A stretch of DNA of 32,000 nt, from assembly GCA_963675515.1 (NCBI GenBank), contig OY776328.1:1800001-1832000 (forward strand). Reading direction: 5' to 3'. Origin of the DNA: Coprobacillaceae bacterium (GTDB lineage: Bacteria > Bacillota_I > Bacilli_A > Erysipelotrichales > Coprobacillaceae). The position numbers and the translations under genes were made by a program. Shown piece by piece: positions 1-9,395 of this stretch; the first letter of the stretch is position 1; each line of letters begins with the position of its first letter. A model generated the notes under the pieces. It did not search any database. It had not been told where the DNA came from and saw only the letters and a list, made by a program, of their open reading frames with translations.

Positions 1-539
1 CATTCATCATTTATCGCCAGGCTAACGGTGTTGACACCGAACCGGTGGTTGGCAAGGAAAAATTAAGCTCAGTTGGCAATTCGACGACGCTTGACCAGAT
101 GACCAGTGATCAGGACTATCTTGACGACACACTTTCATCCCTGGCTTCCCATGTGTCGTCAAGAGCCAAGAAAAGGGATCTGATCTCCAATTCCATTTCG
201 ATAACCATCAAATATAAAAACTGCCAGACAATCACCCGTCAGACAATCATTGCCAAATTCACAAATGATTTTGAAGATATCATTTCAACTGCGAAGATGC
301 TTTTTGACAACAATTACAACGGAATGATTGTTAGACTGCTTGGCGTTTCGCTAAACAACACGATTCAACGAAAAGACTATAACCAGCAACTTTCATTATT
401 CGATAAAATCAAGACGGACGAGAAAAAAAGCGATGTCGACAGTCTGATTGAAAAATTGAAAGAAATAAATAGCAGCGTCAAGATTATCAAGGCCTCCGAT
501 CTGGAGGAAAAGAAAAAAGAGTTTATTATCAAAGACTAG
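1..539 (+). CDS. dinB: DNA polymerase IV (Y-family), C-terminal part. The gene starts upstream of the window.
   Basis: The frame is open from nt 3 (FIIYRQANGVDTEPVVGKEKLSSVGNSTTL). The little-finger region shows the typical ...VRLLGVSLNN... A beta-clamp motif QLSLF lies at 387-401 and is followed by a ~45-aa K/E-rich tail. Confidence 0.75.
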   Translation, partial: FIIYRQANGVDTEPVVGKEKLSSVGNSTTLDQMTSDQDYLDDTLSSLASHVSSRAKKRDLISNSISITIKYKNCQTITRQTIIAKFTNDFEDIISTAKMLFDNNYNGMIVRLLGVSLNNTIQRKDYNQQLSLFDKIKTDEKKSDVDSLIEKLKEINSSVKIIKASDLEEKKKEFIIKD

Positions 540-601
540 ATGTTTTCATCTCGTTGGCGATTCAATAAAAAAACAGCTTATGATTATTATTGGAGGTTCG
601 A

Positions 602-1495
602 ATGAAACTAGGCGACACATTGATTGAGTTTAAAACATATTTGATAGTAGAACGGGGTTTCTCCGTTAATACGATTGCAGCCTACGAAAATGATCTAAAG
701 CAATTTTTCGGGTTTCTTGAGAAGCTGGAATTGGACAAGTTGGATTCAGTGAATTATGAACACATCCGGCTTTTCATCAAAACTCTTGGAAAATATGCGA
801 TAAGCACAAGATCGCGAAAGCTCGCAACCCTAAGAACGTATTTCAAGTTTCTCGTCAAGGAAGACATTGTTCCGGTCAATCTGATGGACAAGTTCGAAAT
901 TCCGAAGATTCCACATCGGCTCCCCGCAAGTATTAGCTATCGTGAGGTGAAGATGATTCTTGAGAGCATTGACACAACCTCGAATAACGGTGACCGCAAT
1001 CTTGTGATGATGGAGCTGCTTTATGCAACAGGAATCAGGTGCAGTGAACTCGTCAACTTGAAAGTGGGGGACATCAACTTGAAAAAGGGGATGGTCAGAG
1101 TCTTTGGCAAAGGCGAAAAACAACGTCTGCTTCCGTTAAGTCCACTGGTTATCGAACTTCTAAAGAATTATCTGAATTATATCAGACCGGAATACAAATA
1201 TGCATCACATTACGATTATCTCTTTCTAAGTGAAAGAGGCATCATGTCCAGAGAGAATTTTTTCAACATTTTCTCACAATGCGTCGCTCAAAGTGGCGTG
1301 TCCAAAAAAGTCTCACCGCACACATTCAGGCATAGCTTCGCAACCCATATTCTTGAACATGGAGCTGACCTTCGTTCAATCCAGGAAATGCTTGGACACA
1401 GCGACATTTCAACAACAACGATCTATACACACGTTTCTAAACAAAAATTGAAGGACGAATACAATTTGTTTTTTAACAGAAGAAGGGGTAAATGA
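602..1495 (+). CDS. xerD: Tyrosine site-specific recombinase, XerD type
   Basis: GGAGG at 592-596 precedes ATG 602, so the track's TTG at 590 lies within the RBS. Catalytic signature present: ATGIRCSEL (Arg), HTFRHSFATH (HxxR), LGHSDISTTTIYTHV (His/Tyr). The xerD-deoB adjacency matches Listeria. Confidence 0.8.
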   Translation: MKLGDTLIEFKTYLIVERGFSVNTIAAYENDLKQFFGFLEKLELDKLDSVNYEHIRLFIKTLGKYAISTRSRKLATLRTYFKFLVKEDIVPVNLMDKFEIPKIPHRLPASISYREVKMILESIDTTSNNGDRNLVMMELLYATGIRCSELVNLKVGDINLKKGMVRVFGKGEKQRLLPLSPLVIELLKNYLNYIRPEYKYASHYDYLFLSERGIMSRENFFNIFSQCVAQSGVSKKVSPHTFRHSFATHILEHGADLRSIQEMLGHSDISTTTIYTHVSKQKLKDEYNLFFNRRRGK

Positions 1496-2682
1496 TGAAA
1501 TTTAAACGAATTTTTCTAATTGTAGCTGATTCGCTTGGAATCGGCAAAGCACCTGACGCAATTGAATACGGTGACCAGGGAGCAAACACGCTTAAACATA
1601 TCTTAGCCAGCGAAGATCCTGGCTCAGTGAATCTGATTCAACTGGAAGGTCTCGGGCTTGGGAGCCTTGGAGAATTCAATGGAATATACCGGCTGACAAA
1701 CCAGCTGGCCTACAGCGCAATCCTTGAGGAAAAATCGAAAGCCAAGGATACGCTAACTGGTCATCATGAAATGATGGGACTTATTTCAACTAAGGGTTTC
1801 AAGACATTCACTCAGACCGGGTTCCCGGAACAATTCATCAGATTGTTCGAGGAAAAAACCGGCCGTAAATGCGTCGGAAACATCGCCATATCCGGTACGA
1901 CAATATTGGAAAAATATGGAGAACACCAGAAAAAAACAGGCGATTGGATTGTATACACTTCGGCTGACTCAGTATTCCAGATCGCTGCCAATGAAGATAT
2001 CATCGGCCTTGACGAACTATACGCTGCCTGCAAGATAGCCCGGGAATTGCTTATGAAAGATGAATGGAAAGTCGCTCGGGTTATTGCCAGACCATTCAAG
2101 GAAACAAGTCCTGGCAAATTCAAGCGGACGCCAAACCGTCACGATTATGCGCTTTCACCAGAAAAAAAGACAATGCTTGATTTTTTAATTGAGGCGTCAT
2201 ATGAGGTGATTTCAGTTGGAAAAATATCCGATATATTCAACGGCCAAGGCATAACCAAATCAATTCCTACGGTTTCTAATGAAGACGGGATGAACAAGAC
2301 CATCGAGCTTGCCGATTCCGATTTTACCGGCCTGGTATTTGTGAACCTGGTTGATTTCGATTCGATGTATGGCCATCGCCGCGACCGTGAAGGATACCTC
2401 AACGCGATCAAGGAATTTGACAACCAGCTTGAACCTTTGATTGGCGCCTTGAACTACGACGATTTGCTTATCATTACCGCCGACCACGGCAACGATCCGA
2501 CTTTTCGCGGTACCGACCACACCCGCGAAAACGTGCCGCTGCTGATTTATTCTAAGCAATTCAAGGGCCCAAGACATCTGGGACAATTCAACGGGTTCGA
2601 TCATATTGGAAACACTATAGGCGAAAATTTCGATATTCCTCAAACTGATAAAGAAAGATCGTTATTCGAGCTGCTGGTATGA
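1492..2682 (+). CDS. deoB: Phosphopentomutase
   Basis: N-terminal VADSLGIG and the metal site ITADHGNDPT are present, and the length is ~396 aa. The start overlaps the xerD stop (ATGATG). Confidence 0.9.
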   Translation: MMKFKRIFLIVADSLGIGKAPDAIEYGDQGANTLKHILASEDPGSVNLIQLEGLGLGSLGEFNGIYRLTNQLAYSAILEEKSKAKDTLTGHHEMMGLISTKGFKTFTQTGFPEQFIRLFEEKTGRKCVGNIAISGTTILEKYGEHQKKTGDWIVYTSADSVFQIAANEDIIGLDELYAACKIARELLMKDEWKVARVIARPFKETSPGKFKRTPNRHDYALSPEKKTMLDFLIEASYEVISVGKISDIFNGQGITKSIPTVSNEDGMNKTIELADSDFTGLVFVNLVDFDSMYGHRRDREGYLNAIKEFDNQLEPLIGALNYDDLLIITADHGNDPTFRGTDHTRENVPLLIYSKQFKGPRHLGQFNGFDHIGNTIGENFDIPQTDKERSLFELLV

Positions 2683-2942
2683 TGGAAAGGATGCAAAAGC
2701 TGGTCATACTTTCATTGTTGACCTCATTGATGAGCGCAGTTTTTTATTATATTGCAATATGGTTTGATATGTTTCTTCCAAGCATGTTCATGTACGTATT
2801 TGCATCGTTGTTGTTGTCCTTGAACATTTACAGCCTTCATGTCAACTATCGATCCAACGGGTTGAAGATATTGTTGATGCTAATAATAATCAACGTCTTC
2901 CTTTTTGTCGTTTTCACGGCACTTATTTTCAGCACTATATAA
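2679..2942 (+). CDS. Small hydrophobic membrane protein, hypothetical
   Basis: 87 aa with 2-3 predicted TM stretches. Its ATGA overlap with the deoB stop suggests translational coupling, and a terminator follows directly. I recognise no family. Confidence 0.5.
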   Translation: MMERMQKLVILSLLTSLMSAVFYYIAIWFDMFLPSMFMYVFASLLLSLNIYSLHVNYRSNGLKILLMLIIINVFLFVVFTALIFSTI

Positions 2943-2964
2943 GCGGAATTGTCCGCTTTTTTTA
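2942..2964 (+). terminator. Rho-independent terminator of the xerD-deoB unit
   Basis: aGCGGA-attg-TCCGCt hairpin followed by a T7 run. Confidence 0.8.
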
Positions 2965-2970
2965 TTCAGA

Positions 2971-2998
2971 TATTTTCATAATATATATTATGCGAACA
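2971..2998. other. dif: Candidate dif (XerC/XerD) recombination site
   Basis: TATTTTCATAA-TATATA-TTATGCGAACA has 11-6-11 architecture with a perfect 16-bp palindrome, CATAATATATATTATG. It lies between convergent terminators at the +/- gene-orientation switch. Confidence 0.45.
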
Positions 2999-3010
2999 TA
3001 TAGATATGCG

Positions 3011-3032
3011 AAAAATAAGGGATTTCTCCCTT
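3011..3032 (-). terminator. Rho-independent terminator after purF
   Basis: On the - strand, AAGGGA-gaaa-TCCCTT is followed by ATTTTT. It overlaps the purF stop codon. Confidence 0.7.
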
Positions 3033-4437
3033 ATTTGATTTCGCGATTTGCTTTATGGTAATCCTCATATAGTCTTGTGACATAGTCGCCATTGAAGCAC
3101 GCCATGCACAAATCATGATCCTTTTTAGGGAAAATTGAGTTTCTTATCCCTTCTTCGGAAATGAAGTAAAGTGAGTCCGCGCCGATGAAATCGGTCAATG
3201 TATCGACATTCAACCGATGCGAGATCAGCTCGTCAACTGTGGATGTGTCAACGCCATAAAAACACGGATATTTGATTGCAGGAGAAGCGATCCGGACATG
3301 AACCTCTTTTGCCCCGGCTTCCTTCAAAAGTTTTACAATTCGTCTTGAAGTAGTTCCACGTACGATCGAATCATCGATCATCACCACGACTTTGTCTTTA
3401 ACAATTGTTGAAACCGCCGAGAGCTTCATTTTGACACCCAGCTCACGCAATTCCTGAGTCGGCTGAATGAAGGTGCGCCCCACATACTTGTTTTTGATCA
3501 ATCCCATTTCGTAAGGAATCCCCGAAACTTCGGCAAACCCGATTGTGGCCGACGTTGAAGAGTCAGGCACACCTATGACAACATCAGCTTTGATTGGTGC
3601 TTCTTCGTAAAGCTTCTTCCCTGCTGCCTTGCGCGACATATGTACATTGACACCGTTGATATCCGAATCCGGACGGGCAAAATAAATATATTCCATCGCG
3701 CACATCTTGTCACAGATGTTGTTGCAGTAAGTTGTCGATTTCAATTCACCGTCTTTAACCCGGATTACTTCTCCAGGCAGAACATCACGAATGAATTTGG
3801 CACCAATAATCTCGAATGCGCATGTTTCCGAGGAGAAAACATATGCCCCGTTTTTTAGCTGACCGATCGATAATGGTCTTAATCCGTACTTGTCTCTTGC
3901 GACGTATAGGGCATCCTCAAACAGTATCAACAAAGCGAAAGCTCCATCGACTGCTCTAAGCGCATTGCAGATACGGTCTATCATGTTGCCATAATTGCGT
4001 TTGATCAGATGAGCGATAACTTCAGTGTCCGAAGTTGATGAAAAGATGCTTCCCTGTTTTTCCAGGTCTTCTTTTAGATCATTGGCATTGACCAGGTTTC
4101 CGTTATGGGCAATTCCCATAGAACCTTCATTGGTTCTAAAAAGCAATGGTTGGACGTTGGCCATTCCTCCCCCACCAGCTGTCGAGTATCGGACATGACC
4201 GATAGCCGAAGTACCCGGCAAACGTTGGATTCTTGAGCTTGAAAATATTTCAGAAACCAATCCTTCACCTTTGCGAATATTCAATCCGTCATTACCACTG
4301 ACTAGTATCCCTGCCGCTTCTTGGCCGCGATGCTGCAAAGAATGTAATCCATAATAGGTATACTGAGCCGCATCGTTGATACCGGTTATACCGAAAACAC
4401 CACATTCCTCGTGTAATTCTCTATCCAAATTAATCAT
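3031..4437 (-). CDS. purF: Amidophosphoribosyltransferase (glutamine-PRPP amidotransferase), B. subtilis type with propeptide and Fe-S cysteines
   Basis: An 11-residue propeptide precedes the catalytic Cys (HEECGVFGI). The PRPP loop VVVMIDDSIVRGTT is present, along with Cys residues in YPCFYG and CMACFNGDY. AAGGAG lies 7 nt upstream of the ATG. Confidence 0.9.
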   Translation of the reverse strand: MINLDRELHEECGVFGITGINDAAQYTYYGLHSLQHRGQEAAGILVSGNDGLNIRKGEGLVSEIFSSSRIQRLPGTSAIGHVRYSTAGGGGMANVQPLLFRTNEGSMGIAHNGNLVNANDLKEDLEKQGSIFSSTSDTEVIAHLIKRNYGNMIDRICNALRAVDGAFALLILFEDALYVARDKYGLRPLSIGQLKNGAYVFSSETCAFEIIGAKFIRDVLPGEVIRVKDGELKSTTYCNNICDKMCAMEYIYFARPDSDINGVNVHMSRKAAGKKLYEEAPIKADVVIGVPDSSTSATIGFAEVSGIPYEMGLIKNKYVGRTFIQPTQELRELGVKMKLSAVSTIVKDKVVVMIDDSIVRGTTSRRIVKLLKEAGAKEVHVRIASPAIKYPCFYGVDTSTVDELISHRLNVDTLTDFIGADSLYFISEEGIRNSIFPKKDHDLCMACFNGDYVTRLYEDYHKANREIK

Positions 4438-5731
4438 TACTATCTCCTTGTTGTTGGCTAATCAAATTCATCATAAACTGCCGTGCAGTTCTGCCAGAAA
4501 AACCGCCATGGCGGATCTCCCATTTCAATGCTTCTTGATATACTTTTTCCTTATCCATTGTACACTTATATTGAAGGTAAAGTCCATCAATTATATTGAA
4601 AAATTCTTTTTTATTAGGTTTTCCAAAGTAAATAGTTACTCCAAAACGGCTTGCAAGCGAAAGCTTTTCTTGCAATGCGTCGTTGACTTTGACTTCATCA
4701 CCGTCACGGTCCGACCACGTTTCCTTGATCAGATGGCGTCGGTTGCTTGTTGCATAAATCAAAACATTGTCCGGTTTTTTTTCAAGGCCGCCTTCAATGA
4801 CAGCTTTTAGGTATTTGTATTCGATCTCGAATTCTTCGAATGACAAATCATCCATGAAAAGGATGAACTTGAAATTGCGCGATTGCAATTCCTGAATGAT
4901 CTCAGGCAATGCGATAAATTGGTGCTTGTAAACCTCGACAATTCTCAATCCATCTTTATAATAGCGGTTGAGCAGCCCTTTGATGCATGAAGACTTTCCG
5001 GTACCCGCATCTCCGTACAACAGAACGTTGTTTGCCATCTTACCGTCAATGAAGTCCTTGGTATTGGCGATAAGCTGGTCCTTTTGGAGATCCATGCCGA
5101 CGATCTCATCGAGAGATGAATTTCCTACATATTTGATTTCTTCAATATGATCGCCGTTGTATCTAAATGCCTTGTTAAGTCCATACATACCTACTCCAAA
5201 ATCGCTGTAATGGTCATGGATGACCCGGTAGAACTCAAAATGGTCTGACGCATCAAAAAGCGACTTTTGTAAGTCGTTGAAAATCTTATCAATCTCATTG
5301 TTGATAACCGGCCGTGATTTGTTGTAGTTTTCAATCAGCTCGAGACCGGGAACATTGCGATCAAACTTATGATTGAACAGATCAAAGATTATTTTGATGT
5401 CCGCCAAGGTGACTGATTCCAATTCCTTGGAAATCGGTTGTTTCCTCTCGAGAGCCAATGAGAAGACGTTTTCATTCTTCATAAGCTCCAAAGTGATTAA
5501 TGAATGCCACAAATTGCCGTTTAGATTGAGCTTGTCACATCTTTTTAGCAGTTCCTTTACAAATATGATATCAGCTTGGTCATTAGCAATTTTAGCAGCT
5601 AAAATCCTAAGATCAGCTGCTAAAAAATCACTATATATTAATAGATTATCCAAAATCAAACCTCTAGTTTTTAAAGCTATGAATAGGCGCAGGAATTCTT
5701 CCACCACGATTGATGAATTCCGCAGGTTCAA
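4430..5731 (-). CDS. DUF815-type AAA ATPase, function unknown
   Basis: Walker [13 protein letters not shown], Walker [11 protein letters not shown] and ATSNRRHL are present. The stop overlaps the purF start by 8 nt. ATG 5731 would overlap the upstream gene by 68 nt. An alternative TTG at 5653 is preceded by AGAGG at a 7-nt spacing. Confidence 0.7.
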   Translation of the reverse strand: MNLRNSSIVVEEFLRLFIALKTRGLILDNLLIYSDFLAADLRILAAKIANDQADIIFVKELLKRCDKLNLNGNLWHSLITLELMKNENVFSLALERKQPISKELESVTLADIKIIFDLFNHKFDRNVPGLELIENYNKSRPVINNEIDKIFNDLQKSLFDASDHFEFYRVIHDHYSDFGVGMYGLNKAFRYNGDHIEEIKYVGNSSLDEIVGMDLQKDQLIANTKDFIDGKMANNVLLYGDAGTGKSSCIKGLLNRYYKDGLRIVEVYKHQFIALPEIIQELQSRNFKFILFMDDLSFEEFEIEYKYLKAVIEGGLEKKPDNVLIYATSNRRHLIKETWSDRDGDEVKVNDALQEKLSLASRFGVTIYFGKPNKKEFFNIIDGLYLQYKCTMDKEKVYQEALKWEIRHGGFSGRTARQFMMNLISQQQGDSND

Positions 5732-7028
5732 AATTATTCACTTGCATGATTGGAGCATAACCCAACAAACCACCGAATTCTACTGTTTCCCCGACATCTT
5801 TGCCGATTACCGGGATAATTCTTACGGCTGTTGTTTTCTGGTTGATCATACCGATTGCCATTTCATCAGCGATAATTCCTGAAATGACAGTAGGAGTTGT
5901 GCTTCCTGGAATCGCGATCATATCAAGACCGACCGAACACACACATGTCATTGCTTCCAACTTCTCCAAATTCAATGATCCTCTTAGAACTGCGTCTATC
6001 ATACCTTGGTCTTCGGATACCGGAATGAAGGCACCTGACAAACCGCCAACATGGCTGGCTGCCATAACTCCACCTTTTTTTACATGGTCATTCAAAATGG
6101 CCAATGCCGCCGTAGTTCCCGGGCATCCCACAGATTCCAATCCCATCTGTTCAAGACAGTCAGCGATTGAATCACCAATTGCGGGAGTTGGCGCTAGAGA
6201 AAGGTCGATAATACCGAAAGGAACACCCAATTTCTCAGAGGCTTCCATAGCTACAAGTTGTCCTACACGGGTAATCTTGAATGCTGTCTTTTTGATTGTG
6301 TCGCATAAAACATCGAAGCTTTCACCTTTTGTTGTTGCAATGGCATTGCGCATTACACCTGGACCCGAAACACCTACGTTGATGATCGCATCACCCTCGG
6401 TAACACCATGGAACGCACCAGCCATAAACGGATTGTCATCAGGAGCATTCGTGAACACTACCAATTTGGCGCATCCGATTGAATCGTTCTCTTTAGTGAA
6501 TTCAGCAGCTTTTACAATGATTTCACCCATCAATTTGACTGCGTCCATGTTGATACCAACCCTAGTAGAACCCAGGTTTACAGACGCACAAACACGACCG
6601 GTAACCTTCAAAGCTTCAGGGATCGAATCAATCAGTAATTTGTCACTAGGAGTCATTCCTTTTGTGACAACAGCCGAATAACCACCGATGAAATTGACAC
6701 CAAGTTCTTCGGCGCATTTATCTAACATCTTGGCAATTTTCACAAAGTCATCAGTCGATTTGCAAGAGCTGTTACCGACAATAGCAATAGGTGTTACTGA
6801 AATTCTTTTATTTACGATAGGAATTCCGTATTTGTGTTCAATCGACTCCCCAACTGATACCAGTTTGCCAGCCAATCTCGTAATTTTTGCATATATTTTT
6901 TCACAAACAACGTCAACATCAGAGTCCATGCAATCCAAAAGGCTGATCCCCATCGTGATTGTACGAACGTCCAAGTTTTCCTGTTCGATCATTTTATTTG
7001 TTTCAGTGACTTCAAAAATATTAATCAT
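5664..7028 (-). CDS. UPF0210 / DUF711 (PFL-like) family protein, function unknown
   Basis: 454 aa. The N-terminus [16 protein letters not shown] is typical of UPF0210. GGAGG RBS present. It is paired with the upstream ACT gene, as in many Firmicutes. Confidence 0.8.
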   Translation of the reverse strand: MINIFEVTETNKMIEQENLDVRTITMGISLLDCMDSDVDVVCEKIYAKITRLAGKLVSVGESIEHKYGIPIVNKRISVTPIAIVGNSSCKSTDDFVKIAKMLDKCAEELGVNFIGGYSAVVTKGMTPSDKLLIDSIPEALKVTGRVCASVNLGSTRVGINMDAVKLMGEIIVKAAEFTKENDSIGCAKLVVFTNAPDDNPFMAGAFHGVTEGDAIINVGVSGPGVMRNAIATTKGESFDVLCDTIKKTAFKITRVGQLVAMEASEKLGVPFGIIDLSLAPTPAIGDSIADCLEQMGLESVGCPGTTAALAILNDHVKKGGVMAASHVGGLSGAFIPVSEDQGMIDAVLRGSLNLEKLEAMTCVCSVGLDMIAIPGSTTPTVISGIIADEMAIGMINQKTTAVRIIPVIGKDVGETVEFGGLLGYAPIMQVNNFEPAEFINRGGRIPAPIHSFKN

Positions 7029-7036
7029 AATTCCTC

Positions 7037-7309
7037 CTACAACCGGTGCATTTTTCTAAAAATATTTTCATGTTGAAGCTTGATGTCAACCCCAATTTCT
7101 TTTCCCAATTTTGCGATATCACTAGCGATATCGCCAAGTTCATCACCTTTTGAAGTTACATCCACAATCATCATCATGTTGAAATATTCATCTATGATAG
7201 TTTGAGAAATATCCAATATATTTATTTGATGGTCAGCCAAAAAGCTACAAACCTTTCCGATAATGCCGATTTGGTCCTGCCCAACCACAGTAATAACGCC
7301 TTTTTCCAT
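7037..7309 (-). CDS. ACT domain protein (UPF0237 family)
   Basis: [20 protein letters not shown] is an ACT fold signature. The first ATG (7324) is part of the RBS ATGGAGG, so the second ATG at 7309 is the likely start (90 aa). Confidence 0.8.
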   Translation of the reverse strand: MEKGVITVVGQDQIGIIGKVCSFLADHQINILDISQTIIDEYFNMMMIVDVTSKGDELGDIASDIAKLGKEIGVDIKLQHENIFRKMHRL

Positions 7310-7330
7310 AATACATACCTCCATTTTTTA

Positions 7331-7370
7331 AACATTATAACATAGAAGTTAAAAAAAGAAATAAAAAATT
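7331..7370. repeat. Left copy of the 40-bp direct repeat (target-site duplication)
   Basis: AACATTATAACATAGAAGTTAAAAAAAGAAATAAAAAATT is identical to 9396-9435. Confidence 0.9.
7334..7342 (-). promoter_or_regulatory. Extended -10 promoter (TGTTATAAT) of the ACT-UPF0210-DUF815-purF operon
   Basis: The - strand reads tatGTtATAATgtt, about 25 nt upstream of the RBS. The -35 is poor. The element lies inside the 40-bp repeat. Confidence 0.55.
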
Positions 7371-7409
7371 CGGACGTTTTACACTTGCACAACCTTATAA
7401 ACTCGGTAA

Positions 7410-7433
7410 CGCCCTAAAGTAGGCGCTTTTTTT
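7410..7433 (+). terminator. Inward-facing hairpin plus T7 inside the IS left end
   Basis: CGCC(c)TA-aag-TAGGCG followed by cTTTTTTT. It would stop read-through from the left flank before the transposase promoter. Confidence 0.4.
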
Positions 7434-7476
7434 GTCAAATTTTATTAAATTTATATTCGTACTATTGGGTACCGTG

Positions 7477-7485
7477 TGGTATAAT
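7477..7485 (+). promoter_or_regulatory. Extended -10 promoter (TGgTATAAT) of the transposase
   Basis: It lies 21 nt upstream of ATG 7506, and GAGGTG RBS sits at 7492-7497. Confidence 0.5.
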
Positions 7486-7505
7486 ATACCTGAGGTGATA
7501 TTCCC

Positions 7506-9320
7506 ATGGCTAAACGCATAAAAATTTCCAAATCAAAGAACTCTGAATCATTTTCTGTTATCGATGATTTTACCGATCCTAAAACAAAAAAACGATCGAC
7601 TTTTGTTGTCGAACGTCTCGGTTCTCTGGATTCGCTATTGAAGAAATACGATACCGACTCCCGCGATGTCGTAATTGAAAACCTTAATCTTTATGTTTCT
7701 AAGCTACGCGATCAGGACAAGGAAAACAAAGCTCTAATCCCCATCCAATTTTCCCCGTCTAAGCTGATTCCTCTAGATGAAGAAAGATTGTTCAATCTTG
7801 GCTATCTCTATCCTAAAAATATTATTTCATCACTCGGTATTAAAGACATCTGCAATAAAATTCAGAATGACCGCAAGTTCCAGTTTGATCTCTATCAGAT
7901 TGTTTGTGATTTGGTTTGCACCCGTATCATCTACCCAGGTTCTAAACGTTCCTCTTTCAGGGATGCCCATCACTTTTTGGATTCTCCACAATATCAGCTG
8001 GAGGATGTGTATCGATCTTTACCAGTTTTAGCGGAAGAACGATATTTTTTTGAAAGTGAATTATACAAGAACAGCACCAATGTCATGGAAAGAAACAACA
8101 GTATTCTCTACTATGATTGCACCAACTTCTATTTTGAAGTTGAGGAAGAAGACGATTATAAAAAATACGGGAAAAGTAAGGAAAACCGCCCAAACCCCAT
8201 TGTTCAATACGGCTTATTTATGGATGCAGATGGGATCCCGATTGCGGACATCACTTTTGAAGGCAATAAGAACGAACAATTTTCCTTAAGAGAGCTAGAG
8301 CAGCAGATTGAAAAAGACTTCGAGTTCAGCAAGTTTATTGTGTGTGCTGATGCCGGACTTAATGGTTGGGAAAACAAGGTCTATAACGACCGAAAAGCTC
8401 ATGGTGCTTATATAGTTACCCAGCCGATAAAAAAATTGAATAAAACTTTGAAGAAATGGGCCACAGACCCCAAAGGATGGAAAATCATTGGTCAGCCGGG
8501 ATTATTCGATATAAGCAAGCTCGATGACACTATAATAATAGATGGCAAAGAACACAATATTAGAGATGTGGTGTTCTACAAGGATAGATGGGTAAAGACA
8601 ACCAAAAAATCAGAACAAACCGAAGACAAATACACCCTGGAAGAACACTTGATTGTTTCGTTCAGCTACAAATTCAAACAATATCAAAGTTATATCCGAG
8701 AAAAGAAATTGGAAAGAGCGCGGAAGCTATTGAAAAATCCCGGGAAAATTAAAACCAGTAATCCACGGGATCCAAAATATTATATCAAGAAGATAGAGGC
8801 AACAGAAAATGGTGAAGTGGCAGATAAGACTTACTATTCAATTGACGAAAGCAAAGTTGAAGAGGATGCCAAATACGACGGATTTTATGCGGTCACAACC
8901 GACTTGACAGATGATAATATGTCATTAATCATTAGCGCAAATAAGCGCCGTTGGGAGATAGAAGAGAGCTTCGAAATAATGAAGAGCGAACTTAAAACCA
9001 GACCAATCTATGTATCAAGAAAAGATGCAATCAACGGTCACCTGCTTATCTGCTTTATGGCATTACTGGTATACCGTATATTGGAAAAGGAATATTTGAA
9101 AAGCAAATACACATGTAGCGAAATCATAGAGACACTAAGAAAATTAAACGTAACCCATGTAGGTGGAAACAACTACATTCCATCATTCAAACGAACGTTG
9201 GCAATTGATGAATTGGGTGAAGTATTTGGCTTCCAACCATCTAGAGAAATATTGACGCAAAAATATTTAAAAAAATTTACACGAATAGCAAATTCAAGAA
9301 ATAGTACGAAAATGAAATAG
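7506..9320 (+). CDS. IS1634-family (IS4-like DDE) transposase
   Basis: Candidate catalytic triad: YYDCTNFYFE (first D), VCADAGLNG (second D) and the Y-R-E-K block KRRWEIEESFEIMKSELK. The length of ~600 aa is typical of IS1634-family enzymes. Confidence 0.85.
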   Translation: MAKRIKISKSKNSESFSVIDDFTDPKTKKRSTFVVERLGSLDSLLKKYDTDSRDVVIENLNLYVSKLRDQDKENKALIPIQFSPSKLIPLDEERLFNLGYLYPKNIISSLGIKDICNKIQNDRKFQFDLYQIVCDLVCTRIIYPGSKRSSFRDAHHFLDSPQYQLEDVYRSLPVLAEERYFFESELYKNSTNVMERNNSILYYDCTNFYFEVEEEDDYKKYGKSKENRPNPIVQYGLFMDADGIPIADITFEGNKNEQFSLRELEQQIEKDFEFSKFIVCADAGLNGWENKVYNDRKAHGAYIVTQPIKKLNKTLKKWATDPKGWKIIGQPGLFDISKLDDTIIIDGKEHNIRDVVFYKDRWVKTTKKSEQTEDKYTLEEHLIVSFSYKFKQYQSYIREKKLERARKLLKNPGKIKTSNPRDPKYYIKKIEATENGEVADKTYYSIDESKVEEDAKYDGFYAVTTDLTDDNMSLIISANKRRWEIEESFEIMKSELKTRPIYVSRKDAINGHLLICFMALLVYRILEKEYLKSKYTCSEIIETLRKLNVTHVGGNNYIPSFKRTLAIDELGEVFGFQPSREILTQKYLKKFTRIANSRNSTKMK

Positions 9321-9321
9321 C

Positions 9322-9366
9322 AAAAAAACAGGCAGAAACCCCTTATTTGTAGGGGCTTTTGCCTGT
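9322..9366. terminator. Strong hairpin at the IS right end, with its U-run on the - strand side
   Basis: ACAGGCAGAAACCCCT-tatttgt-AGGGGCTTTTGCCTGT forms 16 positions with one G.U and one mismatch. Only 2 further unpaired Ts follow the stem on the + strand (TTT at 9366-9368, the first of which pairs in the stem), whereas the - strand has T8, so it best blocks inward antisense transcription. Confidence 0.7.
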
Positions 9367-9395
9367 TTCCACGTCTTTAAACTGTAAAACGAGAG

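Larger units (their letters stand above)
7371..9395 (+). mobile_element. IS1634-family insertion sequence (2,025 bp)
   Basis: A single 604-aa DDE transposase ORF. The ends are CggaCGTTTTACAcTT and, reverse-complemented, CtctCGTTTTACAgTT: the same 9-bp core sits 4 nt in from each junction. A perfect 40-bp direct repeat flanks the element. Confidence 0.85.

Noticed and set aside
594-602. GGTTCGAAT, which resembles a tRNA T-arm.
   Set aside because: It is simply the xerD RBS (GGAGG) plus spacer and start codon. No acceptor, D or anticodon stems can be drawn around it, and I found no tRNA-like cloverleaf elsewhere in the window.
5800-6681. A 293-aa ORF on the + strand opposite the UPF0210 gene. 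Similar long antisense ORFs occur at 21728-22936 opposite parE and at 30659-31642 opposite rnj.
   Set aside because: These are shadow ORFs. They lie fully inside well-supported genes on the other strand, have low-complexity Ser/Pro/Ile-rich translations, and lack an RBS and any recognisable motifs.
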